Source: Thecamonas trahens ATCC 50062 (lineage: Eukaryota; Protista; Apusomonadida). Taken from it: a stretch of 64,000 nt of DNA. Of this stretch, positions 19,901-30,100 are shown in pieces. The notes beneath the pieces were generated by a model. It did no database searches and was not told the origin of the DNA. It saw nothing but the letters and a program-made list of their open reading frames with translations. How positions within the stretch are numbered: position 1 is the stretch's first letter; every line of letters starts with the position of its first letter. Both the position numbers and the translations under genes were made by a program. The stretch lies in assembly GCF_000142905.1 (NCBI RefSeq), contig NW_013657652.1, positions 186,001 through 250,000 on the forward strand. Reading direction: 5' to 3'.

Positions 19901-22565
19901 CAGCGGCGGGCAGGCATCGTGGGTTCTTGACTTGTCCGGCGACGAAGTGGCCGCGCTGTGCGAGCTGGTGTGCGACGGGCGGGTGCTCGCCCGGTTGGGG
20001 CGTGGCGCGGCGCTTGCTGTTGTTGACGCGCTGGCTTCGCTGAAGACACTCGCGGAGCCGGTTGATGCAGTTGTGTCTGTGGCGACTGCGTGCGCCGCTT
20101 TGGAGCATGCATGCGACATGGTGGATGCGGTACGCGGGAGCGTGGCCCTGCTGTCACCAACTACGGTGGGTGCGCTGGAGGTGCTGGTGCAGGCGCGGCA
20201 GCTGCTGCGTGCGATAGAGGATGCTACCAGCGCGAGCAAGACAAACGCAGGCGCGCAGTTGGACGCGATGATGTCGGCGGCTGCGGACGCGTTTCTTGCG
20301 GAGATCGACCGGGTGGACGATGCGCTGGGCGGCTACGCTGAGGTGGTGGCCAGCGGCTCGATGGGCGTGAACTTTGTGGCTGCTCGCGCCGAAGTGTGCG
20401 AGGCGCTTGGCAGTGTCGCAGATGTGCTGGGGAGCGGTGTGTGTGCGTCTCGTGCTCAGCTGCGAGCACTCTCGCGCGAACTGTCGACGCTTGTGCGGGA
20501 CGGGGTTGTGCCGCTCGTCTCGTGCGTGCTCTCGTCGCCGCTGTGCGCGGACAAGGAGTGTGTGAGCAAGGCACAGGCTAAGAGCGGGGAAGCGATTTGT
20601 CAAGTGCGCAAAGTGTTTGAAGCAGACGCGCTGGCGCTTCTGGACGCACATGCGTGGCGGTCGTCGCTGATTGCCACGATGGGCAAGTATGTGGGCGACG
20701 CAAGCGAGGTGGACAGCTCGGTGGTGCTCCCTGGACTGGGCTACTCGGACTATGTGCGCAAGACCAAGAGCCACGTTGTGGAGAGTGTGCAGGCAGCACA
20801 GAGCCTCATTGACGCTGCCAAGTGCGAGCAAGGCCGCCTTGGCGTTGCTGCGCGGACGCTTGTAGAGGCGACCGAGGGTGTTCTCAAGTGCGTGTGCGGC
20901 GCTCTGAGCCAGACGCCTGCATCAGCCAGCGATGTGCTGGATGCGGTGCGAAAGGCGAGCAAGACACTGGCGTGGACGGTGGCGAGGCTTGTGGAGACTT
21001 GTGTCGACCTGGCGGAGGCGAGCAAGGCGGACAGGGCGAGCGATGCCGGCCGAGCGGCGGTGATCTCGACGTCGCAGCGACTGGTTGACGCCGTGTCCTC
21101 ACTGATGTGTGAGCTGAAGGCCGGTGCTGTCGACGCGCAGCGGCAGCGCGCGGCGCTGGACGCAAGCGCGGCGCTCGGGTCGCAGCTGAAGCAGACGCGG
21201 CTGGTGCTGCAGTCCCGAAGCAGCGGAAGCGCGAGCGCTGGAGCGAGCGAAGCACTTGGTGCCGCGGCGGAGGATGCGCTGATGATATTTCTGGAGGAGG
21301 GCGTTGTTGAGACGCTCGGGCGGGCCGAGACTGAGGCCAGTGTGGCAGACGCTCTCGAGAACGCGGCCAAGCAGCTGGCGACCGCCGTGGCGCAGCTGGT
21401 GGAGCTGGCGAATGCTGTCGAGACGGATGTCGGGAGTGGGGTGTGCAAGGCTGGCGTCGAGGTTGTGACGGCGTTTTGCGCGGCCGGCGCGGACGCAGCA
21501 GCGCATTGCGGGGCGCGGCAGAGCAGCAAGCGCGATGCCAAACTTGTCAGTGCCGTGTCGTCGCGTGTTATGGCGCTTGTGCGGGCGGTGCGGGCGGCGT
21601 CAGAGGCGGCGTCGCGGATGAGTAGCGAGGTGACGGCGCTGGCGGCACGCGTGAGCAGCGACGTGGAGGCGCTTGCCGAGCTTGCGGCGCTCGACGATGA
21701 CGGCGATGAGTGGTGCGATGCAGCGGCGCGCGAGCAGGGCGCGGCGCGGGTCGGCGCGGCACTGCGCGGCTTGCTCGATGCGATCGGGCAGGTGTGGCTG
21801 GGCGGGGCGAGCCGATCCAGGGCAAGCGTGCTTGCGGCCGGGCACCATGTGGCGTCGCGAGTGGAGGGTGTGGTGTCGGCGATGCGGGCAAGTGCGGCGG
21901 CGCTTGGGCGGGACTGGGTCCTTCTCTCGGGCGAGGTGTGGCAAGCTGCTGAGGAGGCACACGAGGTAGTTGAGCGGCTGCTGGAGTCTGAGGTGGCGGC
22001 GAGCGCAGCCGAGACGGCATGGGCTGCGGTTGTGAGCGCGATGATCGTGGCGGCGAGCGCGAGCAGACTCGACGGCCCGGGCGACGCGAGCATGGCGGCA
22101 GTGAGTGTGATGGAGGCATGCGCCGAGAACGTGGCCGGCGTTAGTGGCGACAGCGAGATGAGCAATCTGGCCCATGGTGCGGTGGGCGCGGTCGTGATGC
22201 TGACCAAGGTGGCGCTGCTGGGTCTTGCCGAGGCCGAGGGCCTGGGCTTTGCCGACGGTGCCACGCGCGAGGAGCTGGCCGGTTGCGTGCGGGGCGTGGC
22301 GAGCGCGCTCGAGTCGCTCGCGTTTGTGGCGGTGGCCAGCGGCGAGACCGAGGAGGCCGGGCAGGCGTACAGCGAAGCGGTCAACAGAGTGTCTGCCGCG
22401 GTGGTCAAGCTCATTTCGGCCAACAACGAGCTTGTTGCGCGCGGCGGGTCCAGCGTTCGGAGCTCGCGGGTGCAAAAGGGCGTGCGCAAGGCGATGAAGC
22501 GGGTCGGCGCAGCGTGCCAAAAGCTTGCGGCAGCGGCACATGCAGCGAGCCAGCATCAACCATAG
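13998..22565 (+). CDS. Talin-like protein (FERM head plus long Ala-rich helical-bundle rod), ~2855 aa
   Basis: FERM: LHLLYREAS..EAILLAGLALQIAHG, KYIKLVRSNPNYGWTFWPMKER..LVPRLLGL (cf. talin F3 YGVSFFLVKEK..LVPRLLGI); amphipathic helices through the rod. Start taken at MHKPCE. Confidence 0.8.
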   Translation: MHKPCEGYHVSLTPLTLEVQVYEVDAGRGRQVAAGEPQTVTLSPLATVLSACNEMALALDGAVDGQNSSPHSPFQGWGLYRLIPDTDRDKDADESYGHLDYEATLAAAGVTTHTSLAFLCRRVVVPVRIGPNGPLVSVPIDEAWSVYEIVDEIAAAHDSVLHPEEYSFCKADGHWLVGSLSLPAQRAWSSLQTWPDAPAELVLTRKLYFIEAHAEALANLGPDAPDATLHLLYREASHLVTSGALPVTEKEAILLAGLALQIAHGPRANAPPDALPQEPKDLACFLPPELAADVGAKLARKIARKHATFATTPRGLALSKYIKLVRSNPNYGWTFWPMKERVKAGRRFRLVPRLLGLSGSGLKILNAKRSRELVVAAWLVIESVSGSDVGLGPSVVFNINNPSYADEPLVIVVESDAHVRDIIGFCNDYVQLATRRSLASELVLTSCASLASLSQPSWDALVEPTSRRDADSERSEPDLEANHALPTHFTLNRLRGLDHAGSSSSVARSSSLSSLPAYVSEQWDSLLVAPQVDAYTSTTSLFTTEFTTGSEEEGVLGRALQLQNAASASTFFTSGMYFLPLLDDAPPTMEKLRLSAKASLAAALKPFSDLAATGKAALASGVSDGDEPSPSHALLVMAASGELARDALASLALALLELVMAAAGDTTNLLLPEAAAASAELAFDALHELVARLAAFAGVAHLVRSQLPDADGAYAELWVPASQASGWRVPGELMQATELLEAASAAVCSVVADARAVLIAASHALHHMEELAPEAPPSRANTAAGAVVADAIAIPEEQTSALLTSGKRAGSAIARLATLLGVSPLAADLVDELDTQAQASSAAALALTNATAHDAFATLARTRASSLRVELNALPDLTRMLQRSVGIVSAAIKLGPVHHVVAAKIKVASAVVSSTVRSLPHELPVNVPPLREAIISSLSAYQAAVDDVRPKVQPLTLTARDACLALINASAAVLAELPRLDGDAAALRKASLAVAGALASVGHCLRNAITILDSNGSHLVLLKQLSAVSRLLVTANGLASQPAPPADQMSEVLVRASALGRWLHLDCDYVLATHDLKETLAGSLVTAARLVVAEQAESDMHMTLGRDVSELRSDLARLALAPRSMRAADALFSNVSRYVAHASAVVAAAAGAPTAELTAFSDSLARLAVLQQAAVQHSMAAMIAMYISDIDAARNRVCDALPSDEALDEPQTAGGEGSPTSGDMPAFSDSCSSDAFFASGSVADLLEALAEAEPGVDVHDDDELLGSSTASLGAQADALVADIDSLLDQLGVESLAEAMDDDSVAISGSGTRASVAALERELAQSSSLAEAVGHYNATVSSLEASGAAVYAAARHVASLPNARARASYAARAAMDIHSAVVDARLLVATVMAMWPKIYSQQAVARLKNVTLRFLSALGALLAVVRDLVSAVDGHVEERIAECKAAMATLKTAPPGLGMLSVLADELSEALDELRNPGVASSDTSDDGARSLDDIVDVAEQAVDAALRDGPGSIPRAHGGGGEQLGKTTAEQGFSELEAILRKCARLVTATLDELVTRPETSLNDVEAGAQLVAQVMRALTTCVVGLRGTIQLAQEAPALRASLAALVSKVRTKVDDARAHVLAGKGGLPGESVRDNAGPWMAAFDEFFAAFDAAVLAAQGSSGQTGLDVQRAVETATAGAARLEMSELGETERASDKRVASELRSVLDSSETMQATLNGMMPLVSWQGEASARSGTWPGLDGKVPELAVQSAIALANWVEGTVRCVEVLGGVPAGVAPTPPSSPAGAQAPAPAVVPTRPVWEAISSEFKAVMVALTTLKELADTPGAVARNVRAGYTQLVLAVRDILLVLKEGVVTDVAEPGWLVKSEGEAKMLRKAGSALKTAAMKVVKHCDTQLKALRPTQPVAGVLKAKAFRKAFKATVSKLLAVKTAAEEIECVPAVSRGRLGGRGRAVPAFTSVTQVGERLLASGGQASWVLDLSGDEVAALCELVCDGRVLARLGRGAALAVVDALASLKTLAEPVDAVVSVATACAALEHACDMVDAVRGSVALLSPTTVGALEVLVQARQLLRAIEDATSASKTNAGAQLDAMMSAAADAFLAEIDRVDDALGGYAEVVASGSMGVNFVAARAEVCEALGSVADVLGSGVCASRAQLRALSRELSTLVRDGVVPLVSCVLSSPLCADKECVSKAQAKSGEAICQVRKVFEADALALLDAHAWRSSLIATMGKYVGDASEVDSSVVLPGLGYSDYVRKTKSHVVESVQAAQSLIDAAKCEQGRLGVAARTLVEATEGVLKCVCGALSQTPASASDVLDAVRKASKTLAWTVARLVETCVDLAEASKADRASDAGRAAVISTSQRLVDAVSSLMCELKAGAVDAQRQRAALDASAALGSQLKQTRLVLQSRSSGSASAGASEALGAAAEDALMIFLEEGVVETLGRAETEASVADALENAAKQLATAVAQLVELANAVETDVGSGVCKAGVEVVTAFCAAGADAAAHCGARQSSKRDAKLVSAVSSRVMALVRAVRAASEAASRMSSEVTALAARVSSDVEALAELAALDDDGDEWCDAAAREQGAARVGAALRGLLDAIGQVWLGGASRSRASVLAAGHHVASRVEGVVSAMRASAAALGRDWVLLSGEVWQAAEEAHEVVERLLESEVAASAAETAWAAVVSAMIVAASASRLDGPGDASMAAVSVMEACAENVAGVSGDSEMSNLAHGAVGAVVMLTKVALLGLAEAEGLGFADGATREELAGCVRGVASALESLAFVAVASGETEEAGQAYSEAVNRVSAAVVKLISANNELVARGGSSVRSSRVQKGVRKAMKRVGAACQKLAAAAHAASQHQP

Positions 22566-23317
22566 TTTCGCGACGAGTAAAACGAAGGGGAGCCTGCGCC
22601 ACGCGCGTACGAGCGGGCCGAGGAGGCGAGTGGTGGTGAGGTGTGCGAAGCGAGGTGGCGGCGGTCCGGCAAGGTAGGCGGGGTCGGGAGCGTGCGATCG
22701 GGCGAGGCTGCGAGGTCAAAGGCATGCTGCAGAAGAGAGACAGCATCGCGAAAGAGCTCCGCTGGGCGGGCATGAAGGCCGGACCCATGCATCAGCGCAA
22801 GGGCCGGCGACGAGGCGGCAGGCGGGAGTGGCGCCTCGGGATCAGGCAGCAGCGGGCGGGAGGCAGCGGCGTGGCGGCGAGTGAGGGGACGGGCTGGCGG
22901 CGGGCGATGATACGAGCGCGCAAAGCGTGTGAGCGGTGAAGTGGCAGCAGAAGTAGACGGCGACGATGCAGCCGAAGCCAGCGAGGGTAGCGGGGCGGCG
23001 ATGCGATGTGAGCTGTGAGCGAGCGGAGCCAGCTCGTCCCAGACGGCGTCGTCGGGGAGAGCAGCGGCAGCGATGTTGACGTAGGGATCATCGACAGCAA
23101 CGACCGTGGAAAGGAATGACCGAGTCGAAGGATGCGGCGGGGAAGAGTTGGTGGGGTGTGACGGCGTGTGTCCGTGGTTGTGTTCGTGGTCGTGGTCGTG
23201 GTTGTGTTCGTGGTTGTGTTCGTGGTCGTGGTCGTGGTCGTACTCGGAGTACATGTCGGACGAGTGAAGGACCGAGTCGCCGGACTCCCAGCTGCCGCCC
23301 GAGTCGTCAGGGTCCAT
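22556..23317 (-). CDS. Hypothetical protein with His/Asp-rich tract
   Basis: ATG 23317 (MDPDDSGG) after a (TC)n leader; DHDHDHEHNHEHNHDHDHEHNHGH; 3' end overlaps talin stop by 10 nt. Confidence 0.6.
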   Translation of the reverse strand: MDPDDSGGSWESGDSVLHSSDMYSEYDHDHDHEHNHEHNHDHDHEHNHGHTPSHPTNSSPPHPSTRSFLSTVVAVDDPYVNIAAAALPDDAVWDELAPLAHSSHRIAAPLPSLASAASSPSTSAATSPLTRFARSYHRPPPARPLTRRHAAASRPLLPDPEAPLPPAASSPALALMHGSGLHARPAELFRDAVSLLQHAFDLAASPDRTLPTPPTLPDRRHLASHTSPPLASSARSYARGAGSPSFYSSRNYG

Positions 23318-23332
23318 GGGGCAGTGTGTGTG

Positions 23333-23334
<2 letters not shown>

Positions 23335-23380
<46 letters not shown>
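23335..23380. repeat. (GA)n microsatellite
   Basis: Seen directly. Confidence 0.95.
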
Positions 23381-23382
<2 letters not shown>

Positions 23383-23540
23383 CGTGTGTATGTATGTGTG
23401 GCGGTGGTGGTGTGTGGTGGTGGGGGAGAGAGGTGGTGGTGGAGGTGGAGGTGGTGATGCGGGCACGAGCAACCAGCCTCGGCAGGCACCCCAGCCAAGG
23501 CAACGTACGTCTGCAGACACCCGACGTGACGGATTGAGGC

Positions 23541-24808
23541 ATGGAGCACTACGGGATCTCGTTCCGCAAGTTCCTGCGTGTGCGGCGGTACATCAAGGAC
23601 ATGCGGCGTGGGGCTTACATGGGGGTGCAAGAGCATCCGTCCTTGCCTGTGGAGCGTCACTGGGTGGTGGTGGACAAGAGGTAGGTGGACGGGGTGAGGG
23701 AGGGGGGGGGAGGGAGGGGAGGGGAGGGGGAGGGGGGGTAGAGGGGAGGGGTAGAGGAAGGGGGAGAAGGGCGACAGGAGAAGGGGTGGGGGAAGGGGGA
23801 GAAGGGCGACAGGAGAAGGGGGTAGGAGGGCAGGGGGGTTGGGAGGTGGGCGTACTGCATCATTGTCTGGGGTGGGTGGGGTGGGGGGGGGGGGGGTGGT
23901 GTGTGTGTGTGTGGTGGGGGTGGGGGNNNNNNNNNNNNNNNNNNNNNNNNNNNNNNNNNNNNNNNNNNNNNNNNNNNNNNNNNNNNNNNNNNNNNNNNNN
24001 NNNNNNNNNNNNNNNNNNNNNNNNNNCCCCCTCTCCCCCAACTACACACACACACACACTCACTCCCTCCTCCCTCTCTCTACCCCCTTCCCCACACAGC
24101 AACGCCTTCCTGCTGTGGGACGACTCGGAGGCCACCCACTCGTCCGGCGAGCCCTCGTCAGTCGCACGTACGCACCACCGCCTCTCCCCCTCCCTCCCTC
24201 CCTCCCTCCCTCCCTCCCTTCCCCTACACTCACTCATCCATCCTACAGTCGCCCTCAAGGATGTCGTCGACGTCACCCGCCACGACTCGCCCGCTGCATC
24301 GGCAGACGTGCCGGTCCTCACCCTCTCCACTGCAGACGGCACTGTCGTCGTCCTCCATCCGGACTCGTACCGCGAGCTGGAGGCCTGGCACCAGGGCCTG
24401 GCCAATCTGTGTCAGCTCGTTACCGCCCCTCCCTCGCCCGCCGCATCGCCTGCTGCCCGGTCTGCACGCGCAAACGCAGGTTCGCTCCCGGACCGCCCGC
24501 CGCTCCCGCCGGTCCTCCGCGACATCACTGCCTCGGCCTCGGCCGTTCTCGGCCCAGGCGCTGACCCCCAGGCTGTCGAGGTCCTCACCGCCAAGCTCGA
24601 GCGCCTCTACCAGCATGTCATGGACCAGTACGACATGCTCGACCAGATTGCTGCCGAGAACGACGAGCTCCATGCCCGCCTCGCCGCAGCCGATGCCGCC
24701 GATGCCGCCGCCGCCCAGCACACACAGCTCCTCGACCTTGTCCGTGTCAAGGATGCCACCATCGCACACCTCGAGGACTACATCAGTGTCCTCTCCGCCG
24801 CCTTGTAA
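23541..24808 (+). CDS. PH-domain plus coiled-coil protein; exons 23541..23680, 24100..24167, 24249..24808
   Basis: Two frame-consistent GT-AG introns give MRRGAYM..ERHWVVVDKSNAFLLW..LALKDVVDV..LHPDSYRELEAWHQGLANL (PH C-terminal Trp helix), then a coiled coil; first intron spans a gap. Confidence 0.72.
23927..24026. other. Assembly gap (N run) within an intron
   Basis: Run of N. Confidence 1.
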
Positions 24809-24957
24809 ACGCCGCGGTACCCACCACCCGCCCCCTGCCGTGCCACCTGCCGTGCCACCTGCCGCCACTTGCCCCACATGCCACCGTTCCCCCCCTTCCC
24901 CCCCCCCCCCCCCCCTCCCCCCTTCCTCCCCAGCACCCACTCCACTCCCCCTTCGCC

Positions 24958-27171
24958 ATGGCATCGTCCGCGGCCCCCGACGGAATGCCCGACGCCCTCA
25001 CCTCGCCCGTGGCGGCCTCCATGGCTGCCGCAGGTGCTATCCCCGCCTCGCTGGTGGCGCCCTTTGCCACCGAAGGTGGGCCATGCAACCCGGCCAAGCG
25101 GAGCAAGCTGCCTCTGGCGGGCAAGCTCAACGTGCTCAACACGTCGACCTGGTGGGTGACGGCCAAGTCGTCCGACTCTGGCTTTGCACTCCAGTACCAC
25201 AAGGCCACCATGGCGGGCGGTATGGCCGTCGACAAGATGCGCGCAAAGCGGGCGGCGAAGGGCGAGTCCGACACCAACCCCTACCGCATCATCGTCGCAT
25301 CGCCGCCGTACCAGGCCATTGCCACCGCCGCAGACTGGCACGCCATCCTTGACGACTGGGCGTGGATGGAATCGCACCTCTTCCCGCTCGCCGGCCTCCA
25401 CGGCGTCGACGGCGTCGTCCTCGCCGTTCAGGCCCTCATGGACGCCGACGATGTGACCTCTGCAGAGGCCATCCCCATGCTGCAGGCCTCGACCTTTGCA
25501 AAGCTCGAAGCCGACGATAACGACCACACATCGCCACTCGTCTCGCAGCTTGTCGACGACGCCGCCATGGCCATGTGGAACAACCAGTTTGCCGACGCCA
25601 TCGAGGCTCTGGCTCCCGTTGCCGACGACGGCCCGCGCGAAAAGTTTACCCTCGCCCAGGTGGCTCTCCTCGACGCGCTGCGCTCCGGCTCGGCGTCGGC
25701 GACCACCGATGCCATCACTGCCATGGATGCCGTTGCTGCCTTTGCCTCTAGCGTCGGTGCCGATCCTACCGCCCTCGACGCCCTCGTCGCCCGCCTCGCC
25801 ACCGACGCTGCTGTCGACCTCGACGCGCCGCAGGGCTTCGCCCTCCGCGCCGCCACAGGCTTTGACGTCGCCCTCATCGCCGCCACCGCCGTCCTCTACA
25901 AGGCGCTGCTGTTGATGCGGACTGGTTCGCGGACTGGCGCCGCCTTTCATCTCCGCAAGGGCTGGAAGGCCTTTGCCGCCGTTCTCGAGCAAATCAAGGC
26001 CTACGACGCCGTCCACGCCGTCCGCCTTGACCCGGCGCTCATGGCTGCTGTCAAGTACGGCCAGGGCCTCACCTACTTTTTGCTCGCCCTCGTCCGCCCC
26101 GGCATGGGCAAAACCCTACTCGGCGCACTTGGCCTCCACGGCGATGCCTCGCGTGGCATCGAGTTCCTCTCCGAGGTAGCCGCCGGCGAGTTCCTCGACT
26201 CGCCCTTTGCCGCTGTTGTTGTTCTTGCCGCCACCGTGTACATGCCGACCTCGTTTGTGCCGCATCCAGAGCATCTCGAGCGTGCCGCCCACCTCATCGC
26301 CCTCAACAAAGAGCGTTACCCGGCCGGCACCGTGTTTTCGCTCCTCGAGGCTCCGCTTCGCAGGCTACAGGGCGACGGGCCCGCTGCGCTCGCCGCCATC
26401 AACCACGCCGTCGAGCTAGTCACCGCCTCGGGCGCCGCCCCTCCGCATCACTACCTCGTCGAACTTGCCGAGACGCTGCTGTTTACCGGTGACTACGCGG
26501 GTGCTGCTCAGGTCCTCCGGCCCGTCGTCGACGGCGGCGCCGCCTTTGAGAACCGCGGCATGGCTACGCTACTCCTCGCCTCCGCCCTCGTTGGAGCCAA
26601 CGGCCCGGAGAGCCCCGAGACGCTCGCGGCGCTCGAGGCCGTGCCCGGCCACGTCCAAAAGGGCTCGCCGTACGACGCCGCCGCTGCACAGCTCGCGAGC
26701 TGGTACGCCGACGACCACACCCGCCTGGCCCTACTCCCGCTCGAGGTCGCCTTTCTCCGCAACCACCTGCACACTCTCGCACCGGCTGCTGCCCAACAGC
26801 TGCTCAACGGCCCGCTAGCCGAGGCCAACCTCACCGCCGCCGGCGCGCCGGTCACCGAGCCGGTCACCGCCTACAAGATGCACCTCTTCCGTGGCGCCGC
26901 CGCTGCGTCCGCAGGCTCACTCGACATTGCCGCCAACGAGCTCGATGCCGCCACCGCCCGCGAGGCCGACGTCCGCGACGGCGGCGTCGAGACACGCCTC
27001 CTCACGTACATGGCGTACGAGAGGACCCGTCATGCATACCTCAACGGCGACCAGGCCCATCTCGCGGCATGTCTCGAGAGCCTCGCCTCCATCAAGCACG
27101 CGGGATGGGTCGACGAGGCTCTTGACCGCCGCATTGAGGTTGCGCTCGACGAGCTCGTGCAGTCCAAGTAA
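24958..27171 (+). CDS. TTC39/IML2-family TPR protein
   Basis: AAFHLRKGWKAF..AVKYGQGLTYFLLAL..LLGALGLHGDASRGIEFL, ERYPAGTVF and TPR-like helices. Confidence 0.78.
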   Translation: MASSAAPDGMPDALTSPVAASMAAAGAIPASLVAPFATEGGPCNPAKRSKLPLAGKLNVLNTSTWWVTAKSSDSGFALQYHKATMAGGMAVDKMRAKRAAKGESDTNPYRIIVASPPYQAIATAADWHAILDDWAWMESHLFPLAGLHGVDGVVLAVQALMDADDVTSAEAIPMLQASTFAKLEADDNDHTSPLVSQLVDDAAMAMWNNQFADAIEALAPVADDGPREKFTLAQVALLDALRSGSASATTDAITAMDAVAAFASSVGADPTALDALVARLATDAAVDLDAPQGFALRAATGFDVALIAATAVLYKALLLMRTGSRTGAAFHLRKGWKAFAAVLEQIKAYDAVHAVRLDPALMAAVKYGQGLTYFLLALVRPGMGKTLLGALGLHGDASRGIEFLSEVAAGEFLDSPFAAVVVLAATVYMPTSFVPHPEHLERAAHLIALNKERYPAGTVFSLLEAPLRRLQGDGPAALAAINHAVELVTASGAAPPHHYLVELAETLLFTGDYAGAAQVLRPVVDGGAAFENRGMATLLLASALVGANGPESPETLAALEAVPGHVQKGSPYDAAAAQLASWYADDHTRLALLPLEVAFLRNHLHTLAPAAAQQLLNGPLAEANLTAAGAPVTEPVTAYKMHLFRGAAAASAGSLDIAANELDAATAREADVRDGGVETRLLTYMAYERTRHAYLNGDQAHLAACLESLASIKHAGWVDEALDRRIEVALDELVQSK

Positions 27172-27197
27172 ACTCTACACGCGACACCGCGCAACCA

Positions 27198-30100
27198 CTA
27201 GAGACCGCCGGCCGTCGCACCCATGGTCTCGTCGTCGTTGCCGGCTTCGGAGCGGCTCGGAGCAGCAATGTGCTCGATGGTGGTGTCCTCGTTCGAGCCG
27301 CGCTCGTACATCTTGTGGACCACGTTGGAGCCAATGACGCCGGCCAGGAGCTGGCGGAAGAGCTCGCGCCGGGCCCGCGAGCTCGACGCCGCCTGAAGCG
27401 CACCTTCAAACTCGGCCAGCGTCTCGTTGGTCACATCCGGCACCGCCGAGAGCACGCCGCGGGTCACGTCCGGCACGACCTCGGTGAACCGGCAGTAGAT
27501 CTCCATGATGAGCGCAAGGATGTTGCGGATGACCGATTCCTCCTCGATGTGAGCCAGCGCCTCGATGAGCGCGGGGAGCAGCTCCGACGAGAGCAGGTAC
27601 TGGTACTCGGAGACGTTTGAGACGTGGAGCATTAGCCGCGAGCACACGTTGACCGCAATGGCCACCGCCGAGAGCGTCGGCGTCCGCACAAGCATGATTG
27701 CAGACTGCAGGTACGTCAGCCGCAGCGGCTCAGACTCGAGCACATGCGGCGGCGCACGGCTCGGCATCTGCGACATGCCCGACAGCTGCGGCCGCGGTGT
27801 CGAGCCTGCTGGCGCCTCGCTGCTGTCGCTGTCGCGCGGGTACCGCGGCAGCCGGAACGAGATCGTCTGCAGGAACCGAGCGTGGCACGTGGTAAGCATG
27901 CCGAGGTCCTTGTCGACAAGCACCTCCTCGGCGGGCGTCAGCGTCGAGCCCGAGCTCTCGCGCTCGTAGAACGCGCCCCACTCGGCCGGAAGCTTCTCCT
28001 GCATAAACTCAATCCACGGAACGAGGATCGGCACAACCACGGCTTCGCGCATGGCAAACGGACACATCCGAAAGAGGGCACAGATGACCGACATGGTGAT
28101 ACCGACCAGGTACCGGTTCGGGAGAACAGGCAGGTTTGAAAAGACCGAGGCCGAGAGCATCGCGGCCAGGTCGCCCTGCTCGTACAGGTCGCGGATCTTG
28201 GCAATCGAGCCGAGCGCAGAGTACGCTCGCGAAAAGACCGAGTCCATCCAGTACGTAAAGAGCCGCAGCTGCGAGCCGGCGTCGAGCTCGTGCGACGGCA
28301 GCGACGACGCCCGCGCCAGCGTCGCCGTTGGTGTCTCGTCAGGCAGCGCAAAGACAGACTCGAAGAACTCCGGTACGTTGGCCAGGACCTCCGGCTGCCA
28401 CACGCCGTGCAGCGTCGTGATCAGCGAGAGGAGCGAGGGGAGGAGCGTGTTGAGGTGCGGGAGCAGCGCACGCGACCGCCACGATGCAGACCACTTTGCC
28501 ACCACATACACCACCGTGACGACAAAGTACACGTCGCGCCGAAAGGCAAGATGCTCTTCGGCAAACAGCTGGCCGCGCGCCGACGGGTCGTTGCCCAGAA
28601 TGCCTAGCGACGACAGCAGGGCCTCCGGCGAGCTGAGCGCACCGGCAAACGCGTCCGAGTTCCACTGGGCAAGGAGCGGCTCGAGAATGGTCGAGACAAC
28701 CGCCCGCTGCAGCTCCTCGTCGCGCGACTTGGACGCCGAAATGATGACCAGCTCGTACACGCATGCCTTCTCCTCGTGCCGTAACTGGTCGGCCTCGTCG
28801 AGCTCCTGGACCTGGGTCCACAGGCCCTCGAGCTGGCCGGCAAGCTTCTCGCCCACAAAGATGATGATCGAGTGCAGCGCCTTGGCCGCCTTGCCGCGGA
28901 TCTCCACCGACGCCTCGGTGAGCGCCGAGACTGGCGCCTCCGTCTCTGAAGGGTCCTTGTACGTCAGGTAGCTGAACGCGAGCGAGAACGTCTCCTGCAG
29001 CTGGTCCGGGTAGTGCTTGAGGAACGGCGTGAATGAGGTGAGGAGCCGGAGCTGGTTGGCGATGACCGCCTTGGACGGATGGGAGAACTCGAGCACGCCC
29101 TGGAGCGCGCCGGCAATCGCCTCGCAGTTGGCCGCCCGCTCGGCCTCGAGCCGCGCCGCCGCCGCCCGCGCTGCGGCCTCAGCCTCGGCGCCCTGCGGAC
29201 CGGACGAACTGCCGCGCGCCCGCGCTAGTCCCTGCGGCGTCATCACCAGCGCCGTCCGTGAGAACAGCCCATCATCCGAGTCCGAGTCCGACTCGCGGGC
29301 GAGGAGGTAGTGCGCATCAGACTCGGGATCCGGCGCCACCAGGCACTTGCGCGGCAACGATCGAATGATCGTTGACGACATGAGACAGAGGGCCCGGAGC
29401 TCGCGCGCAGGCTCGTCGTCCTCGCCAATGCCAGCATCGTTCGGCAGCGACGAGAAGAGGTGCGCAAGGTACTGCGTCATGTACGCCACCATGCCATGCC
29501 CGTCGCGGCGAGTGAGCGTGGCAATGAGGCCTGCAGCCCGCCGCTCGAGGCCCTTCTTGGCTGCCGCGCCCTCCTCGGCGTTGTTGTAGTCGAGCTTGGC
29601 CAGCTCGAGCGCCATCGAGCCCTCCTCGGCGTCAAAAGGGTCCGGCTGCGCGAGAAACTTGAGCGCGAGCGAGAGAATGGCCTGCAGTACGTCCGACTCG
29701 CCGACGCTCTCGGACTTGTCGACAAGGCCCGAGTCGAGGAACCGCCGCCAGAACTTGATGAGCGTGGTCTGGACGTCGCAACTCGGGTGCGCGTCCGAGA
29801 GCGCCATCAGCGACTCGACGAACGAGCCAAAGTGCGGATGCAGGCTCGGCTCGGGCGCATCCGGGTCGATCTTGCGGTCCGACCGCGCCCGCCGCCACAG
29901 CCGCAGCTGCAGCATGCCAACTTCGGCGAGAACGCCGATGGCAGCAGAGTTGAGCTTGTGGACGTCGGCAAGCGACTCAAAGAGCGGCTCCGAGAGGAGA
30001 CCGAAGATCTGCGGAATGTAGTCAAACAGCTCCATGACGTACGGCTCGTTGGCCCGGAGGTGCTTGCGGAAGAGCAGCTTCTTCATGACCAGCACCACGT

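Noticed and set aside
23168-24808. 546-aa unspliced ORF
   Set aside because: Crosses microsatellites and an N gap; the spliced PH model fits better
24800-24960. Pyrimidine tract plus AG before ATG as a trans-splicing acceptor (also before formin and CFAP57)
   Set aside because: C-rich leaders are general here and many genes lack the pattern; cannot be told from UTR introns without cDNA
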